From assembly GCA_965198225.1 (NCBI GenBank), contig CBDAOY010000009.1, positions 480,001-544,000 on the forward strand: a stretch of 64,000 nucleotides of DNA. Reading direction: 5' to 3'. The notes under the pieces are model-generated. The model did not search any database and was not told the origin of the DNA. It was given only the letters and a program-made list of their open reading frames with translations. The stretch comes from Terriglobia bacterium (lineage in GTDB: Bacteria; Acidobacteriota; Terriglobia; 20CM-2-55-15). Below are positions 59,772-64,000 of this stretch, piece after piece. The translations under genes were made by a program, and so were the position numbers. How positions within the stretch are numbered: the first letter of the stretch is position 1; the number at the start of each line of letters is the position of its first letter.

Positions 59772-60466
59772 AGAAAATCTGCTTTTTGTTGATGCTCGTT
59801 CTTGCCTCGTCGCCGGTCCTGGCGGTCTCGGACGACGACGATGGGGACGTCCGGATCTCTCCCCTGGAGGAGTACCTGCGGCAGGCGCGCGCGGCTGCAC
59901 GCCAGTTCATGCCCACAGGCCCTTCCCTGTTCTCGCCGACTGCCGCGAACCTGTTTCTCTTCATCGATGTGAAAGCGCGGAACGTCAACGACATCGTTAC
60001 GATCCAGATCATCGAGAATTCGACGGCCTCGAACTCTGCCAACACCTCCACGGCGCGCAGCGGCCAGGCGAACGTCGCGGCGCCGTCCTTCTTCGGTCTT
60101 GAGCTGGGATCGTCGGCGCTCAACTTCTCCAACATCCTGCAGGGACTTTCCGACCTCTCGTTCGACGGCCAGGGATCGACCTCCCGGGCAGGGCCACTGA
60201 CCGCGTCGTTGTCGGCCCGGGTTGTGGAGGTTTTACCGAATGGAGACCTGGTCCTGGAAGGGACCAAACAGGTCACGATCAACCGGGAAAGCCACATCCT
60301 GAAGTTGCGCGGCGTCGTTCGGTCCCGCGACGTCAGCCCGCATAACCTGGTCCTGTCGACTTCCATCGCGCACATGGAGGTCAGTTTCGACGGCAGGGGC
60401 GTTGTGAGCGACGCCAATGAGCCCGGGTTCTTCTACAAGCTGTTCAAGTGGCTCACACCGTTCTAA
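59768..60466 (+). CDS. flgH: flagellar L-ring protein FlgH
   Basis: DVKARNVNDIVTI, VLPNGDL, GVVR..DV. Confidence 0.92.
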   Translation: MKKICFLLMLVLASSPVLAVSDDDDGDVRISPLEEYLRQARAAARQFMPTGPSLFSPTAANLFLFIDVKARNVNDIVTIQIIENSTASNSANTSTARSGQANVAAPSFFGLELGSSALNFSNILQGLSDLSFDGQGSTSRAGPLTASLSARVVEVLPNGDLVLEGTKQVTINRESHILKLRGVVRSRDVSPHNLVLSTSIAHMEVSFDGRGVVSDANEPGFFYKLFKWLTPF

Positions 60467-60491
60467 AGCTATGAAATCGAGGGATGAACAC

Positions 60492-61586
60492 ATGTGGGTA
60501 CGAATCATCGCCATCGTTCTGATCCTGTTCATGGCCAGCCCTGAGCTGTGGGCGAACTCGCGTATCAAGGACATCAGCCACATCGCCGGCATACGGGGAA
60601 ACTCGCTGATCGGCTACGGCCTGGTCATCGGGCTCAACGCCACCGGCGACGAAAGCGAGTTCACGAACCAGACGCTGATCAACATGCTGGAGCGCTTCGG
60701 GTTGACCGTGAACAACCCCTCCATCAGAGTCGAGAACATCGCTGCCGTCATGGTGACGGCGAACCTCCCGGTCTTTGCACGGCCGGGCTCCGAGATCGAT
60801 GTCACGGTCTCGTCGATCGGCGACGCGAGCAGCCTCCAGGGAGGCATCCTCCTGCAGACGCCGTTGCTGGGGCCGGACGGGAACATCTACGCCATGTCCC
60901 AGGGTCCGCTGGTTCTGGGCGGCTTCTCGGCGGGCAACGATTCGACCGGTGTGAGTGTCAATCACCCGACAGTCGGGCGGATTCCAAACGGCGCAACCGT
61001 CGAGCGACCTGTTACGGCCGGCATGCCGGAAGTGGTGCAGACTTTGGAATTAGTCCTTGATAGGGCGGACTTTACGAACGCAAGCCGGGTGACCGAGGCG
61101 CTGAATGTGGCCTTTGGCGGAACAATTGCACAACCAATAGATTCCCGCTCGGTTCGGCTCATGGTCCCGGCCGATTACCAGCGGAGGCCGATCGAGTTCA
61201 TCGCGGCGGTTGAAGCCGTCTCGGTCGAAATCGACACGCGGGCCCGGGTCGTGGTGAATGAGAGGACCGGGACGGTCGTTATCGGCGGCCACGTCAGAAT
61301 CGCTCCGGTTTCGATCTCGCACGGAAACCTCAGCATTCAGATTGAGACTCAGTTTGAAGTCTCTCAGCCACAAGGGTTTTCGCAGGGTCAGACCACGGTC
61401 GTGCCGCAGCAGCAAGTGACCGCAGTTGAAGATGAAAGCGGTTTCGTAACGATCGGAAACGGAGCGACTGTCGACGACCTGATCAGCGCGCTCAACTCGA
61501 TGGGGGTGACACCCCGGGATACGATCGCGATTCTGGAAGCGCTCAAGGCAGCCGGCGCGTTGCAGGCGGACTTAGAGATCATTTAG
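60492..61586 (+). CDS. flgI: flagellar P-ring protein FlgI
   Basis: RIKDI, GYGLVIGL..TGD, SLQGG.LL.TPL, NERTGTVV. Confidence 0.96.
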   Translation: MWVRIIAIVLILFMASPELWANSRIKDISHIAGIRGNSLIGYGLVIGLNATGDESEFTNQTLINMLERFGLTVNNPSIRVENIAAVMVTANLPVFARPGSEIDVTVSSIGDASSLQGGILLQTPLLGPDGNIYAMSQGPLVLGGFSAGNDSTGVSVNHPTVGRIPNGATVERPVTAGMPEVVQTLELVLDRADFTNASRVTEALNVAFGGTIAQPIDSRSVRLMVPADYQRRPIEFIAAVEAVSVEIDTRARVVVNERTGTVVIGGHVRIAPVSISHGNLSIQIETQFEVSQPQGFSQGQTTVVPQQQVTAVEDESGFVTIGNGATVDDLISALNSMGVTPRDTIAILEALKAAGALQADLEII

Positions 61587-61633
61587 TTGCCGGTAGTCAG
61601 TTGAAGACACCGACCAGCAGAGCTTAAGAAACA

Positions 61634-62266
61634 ATGGACATAAGCCAAATACGGAGCTTGATGCAGTCGGGCGACCTGGCCCCGAAAGAGGTGGCGAAGC
61701 AGGTCGAGGCCATGTTCATGGAGTTTCTTCTCAAGAGCATGGAAGACAGCGTCAAGGCCGAGGATGGCCTCTTCGGCGGGTCTGCCAGCTCGGACATCTA
61801 CCGTGGCATGTTGCGCCAGGAACTGGCGGTGGCCATGTCGGACAACCTTGATAGCCCGTTGCAGCAGCAGATCGAGCAGGCAATTCGCGACCGATCCACG
61901 CCGCCCTCGGCTAGTGACACGGAGGATGCCCTGCCCGTCAGCGGCACGGTTTCGTCTCCCATGGGCTGGCGGCGTGACCCGATCACCGGGGAGGTGCGTT
62001 ACCACCGGGGAACCGACATCGCGGCTCCCAACGGCACTCCGATCCAGGCGGTCGCCTCGGGCCGGGTTGTGGAGAGCGGACCGAAGGGCGGCTATGGTAA
62101 CGCGGTTGTCGTCGAATCGGACGACGGACGTAAGAGGTTGTATGCGCACAATTTATCCAACAATGTCAAAGTTGGTGATCGCGTTCAAAAGGGCGAGGTC
62201 ATCGGATTGGTCGGTTCAACGGGCCGATCCACGGGGCCGCATGTCCACTTCGAGGTGATGGAATGA
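61634..62266 (+). CDS. flgJ: FlgJ rod-binding domain fused to an M23 peptidase
   Basis: EAMF...LLKSM rod-binding motif; H.GTDIA, YAH, GRSTGPHVHFEV. Confidence 0.85.
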   Translation: MDISQIRSLMQSGDLAPKEVAKQVEAMFMEFLLKSMEDSVKAEDGLFGGSASSDIYRGMLRQELAVAMSDNLDSPLQQQIEQAIRDRSTPPSASDTEDALPVSGTVSSPMGWRRDPITGEVRYHRGTDIAAPNGTPIQAVASGRVVESGPKGGYGNAVVVESDDGRKRLYAHNLSNNVKVGDRVQKGEVIGLVGSTGRSTGPHVHFEVME

Positions 62267-62299
62267 TTTCTTACCACGAGATTTTCCCCCTCGTTTCGC

Positions 62300-62327
62300 T
62301 AAAGACTTCTGGCGCTTCTGCCGATGA
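62300..62327 (+). promoter_or_regulatory. sigma28 promoter of flgM
   Basis: TAAA-N16-GCCGATGA. Confidence 0.75.
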
Positions 62328-62469
62328 GATACGTAGCGGCAGATACTGCCAGGGTGACGGGCAGGAAGCCCGAAACCCAGAAACGCTTCCACGGAAGGTG
62401 AACCGGCGTCGCTCGAGACGCACGGTCAGCCAAGGGCCGAGGCTGTAATTCATCGGTCAGGAGCTTGTT

Positions 62470-62781
62470 ATGAGTATTGATCGAATCAACGTTAACAACC
62501 ACGGTATCGACAACCACCGTTCGATCGATCGAGGGCAGGAAGCACGCAACAACGATCGGGCCCGAAAGGGCGGGCGAGACGGGTCCAGCCCATCAGGGGA
62601 TTCCGTCGCGCTGTCGTCGACAGCCAAAGAGGTCGGACGGCTTTCGAAACTGGCGAGCGAAGGGGCCGATAGAGCATCCCGTATCGCCGAGGTTCGACAG
62701 GCCATTGATGAAGGTGCCTACAAGGTATCAGGCGAGGACATCGCCAATAAGATGATCCAGGCCCATACGAAGAGTGGCTAG
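62470..62781 (+). CDS. flgM: anti-sigma28 factor FlgM
   Basis: DSVALS, RIAEVRQAIDEGAYKV...IANKM. Confidence 0.92.
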   Translation: MSIDRINVNNHGIDNHRSIDRGQEARNNDRARKGGRDGSSPSGDSVALSSTAKEVGRLSKLASEGADRASRIAEVRQAIDEGAYKVSGEDIANKMIQAHTKSG

Positions 62782-62959
62782 GGATCAGTGACAAGTGACA
62801 AGTGGTGAGTGACGAGTAAGAAGAATGACTCATCACCTTGTCGCTTTAGTGAGACGCAACGAGACGAAACAGTGAGGGTGGCCGGATACCCGGTGACAGT
62901 TACGAGCAACTGAACTCGTCACTTGTCACTCGTCACTCATCACTTCTGAGAGAACCGAG

Positions 62960-63298
62960 ATGAGCCAAACATCCGCTCCCCCATTGGGGAACGTGCTTCT
63001 CGAACAGCTGTACGAGCTGGAAGCAGCCAAGCACGGTGCACTGCAGAACTTCGATGCAGATGCATACGAGAACTCTTCCGCGGAACAGGCCCGGCTGGTT
63101 TCCGCCGCGGGCAGACCGCCCGCGAATGAAGTTTCCCGTGATCTGGTTGTTGCCATGGCGAAGCTGTCACGCCTCAATTCCGCTCTTCTCCTGAACCTGA
63201 TCTCGATCTCCCCCCATTTTGCGCTTGCGCAACAAGGCTACACGGCCGATGGGGACATCGAAGAATCAACCCGCAACCGGGTAATCCTGAAGGGATAG
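62960..63298 (+). CDS. flgN: FlgN-like export chaperone
   Basis: Between flgM and flgK; N..LL and C-terminal YT..G motif. Confidence 0.6.
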   Translation: MSQTSAPPLGNVLLEQLYELEAAKHGALQNFDADAYENSSAEQARLVSAAGRPPANEVSRDLVVAMAKLSRLNSALLLNLISISPHFALAQQGYTADGDIEESTRNRVILKG

Positions 63299-63301
63299 GA
63301 A

Positions 63302-64000
63302 ATGGCAGGCCTCACCTCCATCCTTCATTCCGCGCTGCGTTCGATGGAAACCGCGGCGACGACGCTCGCCGTCGCCTCGAACAACATCTCGAATGAAAAA
63401 ACTCCGGGCTATGCCAAGCAGCGCCTTATCGTGCAGCCCGCGGGGAGCCCGGGGGAGGGCCGGATTCTCACCGGCAGCGGTGTGGAGGCCGTGGGCATCG
63501 AAACAGTCCGGGACAAGTTGCTGGAGGGCCGGCTCCTGCACGAGGTCTCGAACAAGGCCGGCGATGACGTGTCCTACAGCGCGCTGCAGAACCTCGAAGT
63601 ACTGTTCAATGACGCCGCCGAAACCGGCATGTTGCCCTCGCTGACAGACTACTTCAACTCGTTCCATACTCTTGCGGTGGATCCGACTTCGATCAACTAT
63701 CGCGAACAGGTCCGGATCGCGGGCGAGGATCTGGCCGCAGATTTCAAGAAGCGCGGCGACGAACTGCGACGGGTCCAGACCCTGGCCGACAAGCAGATCG
63801 TCGACGACATCAACGAGATCAACTCACTGGGGGAGCGCATCGGTCTGGTATCAAAGGAAATCCGGATCCAGGAGGGCGGTGGGCAGACTGCCAACGACCT
63901 GCGGGATCGGCGAAACGTGCTGATCAAAGAGCTCGCGGAGTATATCAACGTCCAGGAGATCAATAGCCCGAACAGCTTCCAGCTCAGCATCGGAAACGCC
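63302..64000 (+). CDS. flgK: hook-associated protein FlgK (partial, runs off the window)
   Basis: Translated from ATG 63302: ...AVASNNISNEKTPGYAKQR...GSGV...NDLRDRR. Confidence 0.9.
   Translation, partial: MAGLTSILHSALRSMETAATTLAVASNNISNEKTPGYAKQRLIVQPAGSPGEGRILTGSGVEAVGIETVRDKLLEGRLLHEVSNKAGDDVSYSALQNLEVLFNDAAETGMLPSLTDYFNSFHTLAVDPTSINYREQVRIAGEDLAADFKKRGDELRRVQTLADKQIVDDINEINSLGERIGLVSKEIRIQEGGGQTANDLRDRRNVLIKELAEYINVQEINSPNSFQLSIGNA

Noticed and set aside
7258-62781. Most genes followed by repeat elements end in TAG
   Set aside because: Confounded: non-overlapping genes without elements (surA, fliE, fliQ) also end in TAG, while TGA is tied to ATGA coupling. It needs genome-wide statistics.
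1-64000. tRNA, rRNA, tmRNA, prophage or defence island
   Set aside because: No recognisable signatures were found by eye.

Overview
64-kb window of a GC-rich bacterial chromosome, probably Acidobacteriota (inferred from gene content such as the VWFA-type protein, the MGGxNPY ferredoxin and the flagellar gene order). About 1-26 kb is housekeeping and metabolic: an extradiol dioxygenase-cupin-SDR cassette, an M16 peptidase pair, rfaE2, mfd, surA, rsmI, galU, an HDAC, lepB, yqeY, an HNH nuclease, larE, purD, purE, mtaB, acpS, a frameshifted pgeF and pcm. About 26-64 kb holds a minimal flagellin and a large flagellar cluster (flgB to partial flgK) with two sigma54 activators, a histidine kinase and an HD-GYP regulator. 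Five sigma54 and two sigma28 promoters can be read from the DNA. Notable observations: (1) a hidden exported selenoprotein (in-frame UGA in UxxC plus a SECIS-like hairpin); (2) a ~200-nt AT-rich ORF-less unit between a sigma70-like promoter and a terminator (candidate sRNA); (3) many intergenic elements made of inverted heptamer-repeat arms, plus MITE, REP and 9-mer repeat families; (4) structured GGA-loop leaders on fliC and flgM; (5) a stand-alone HisKA-only protein where motAB often sit, no flhG, and a FlgJ-M23 fusion. Two exact tandem duplications and one homopolymer frameshift may be assembly artefacts.
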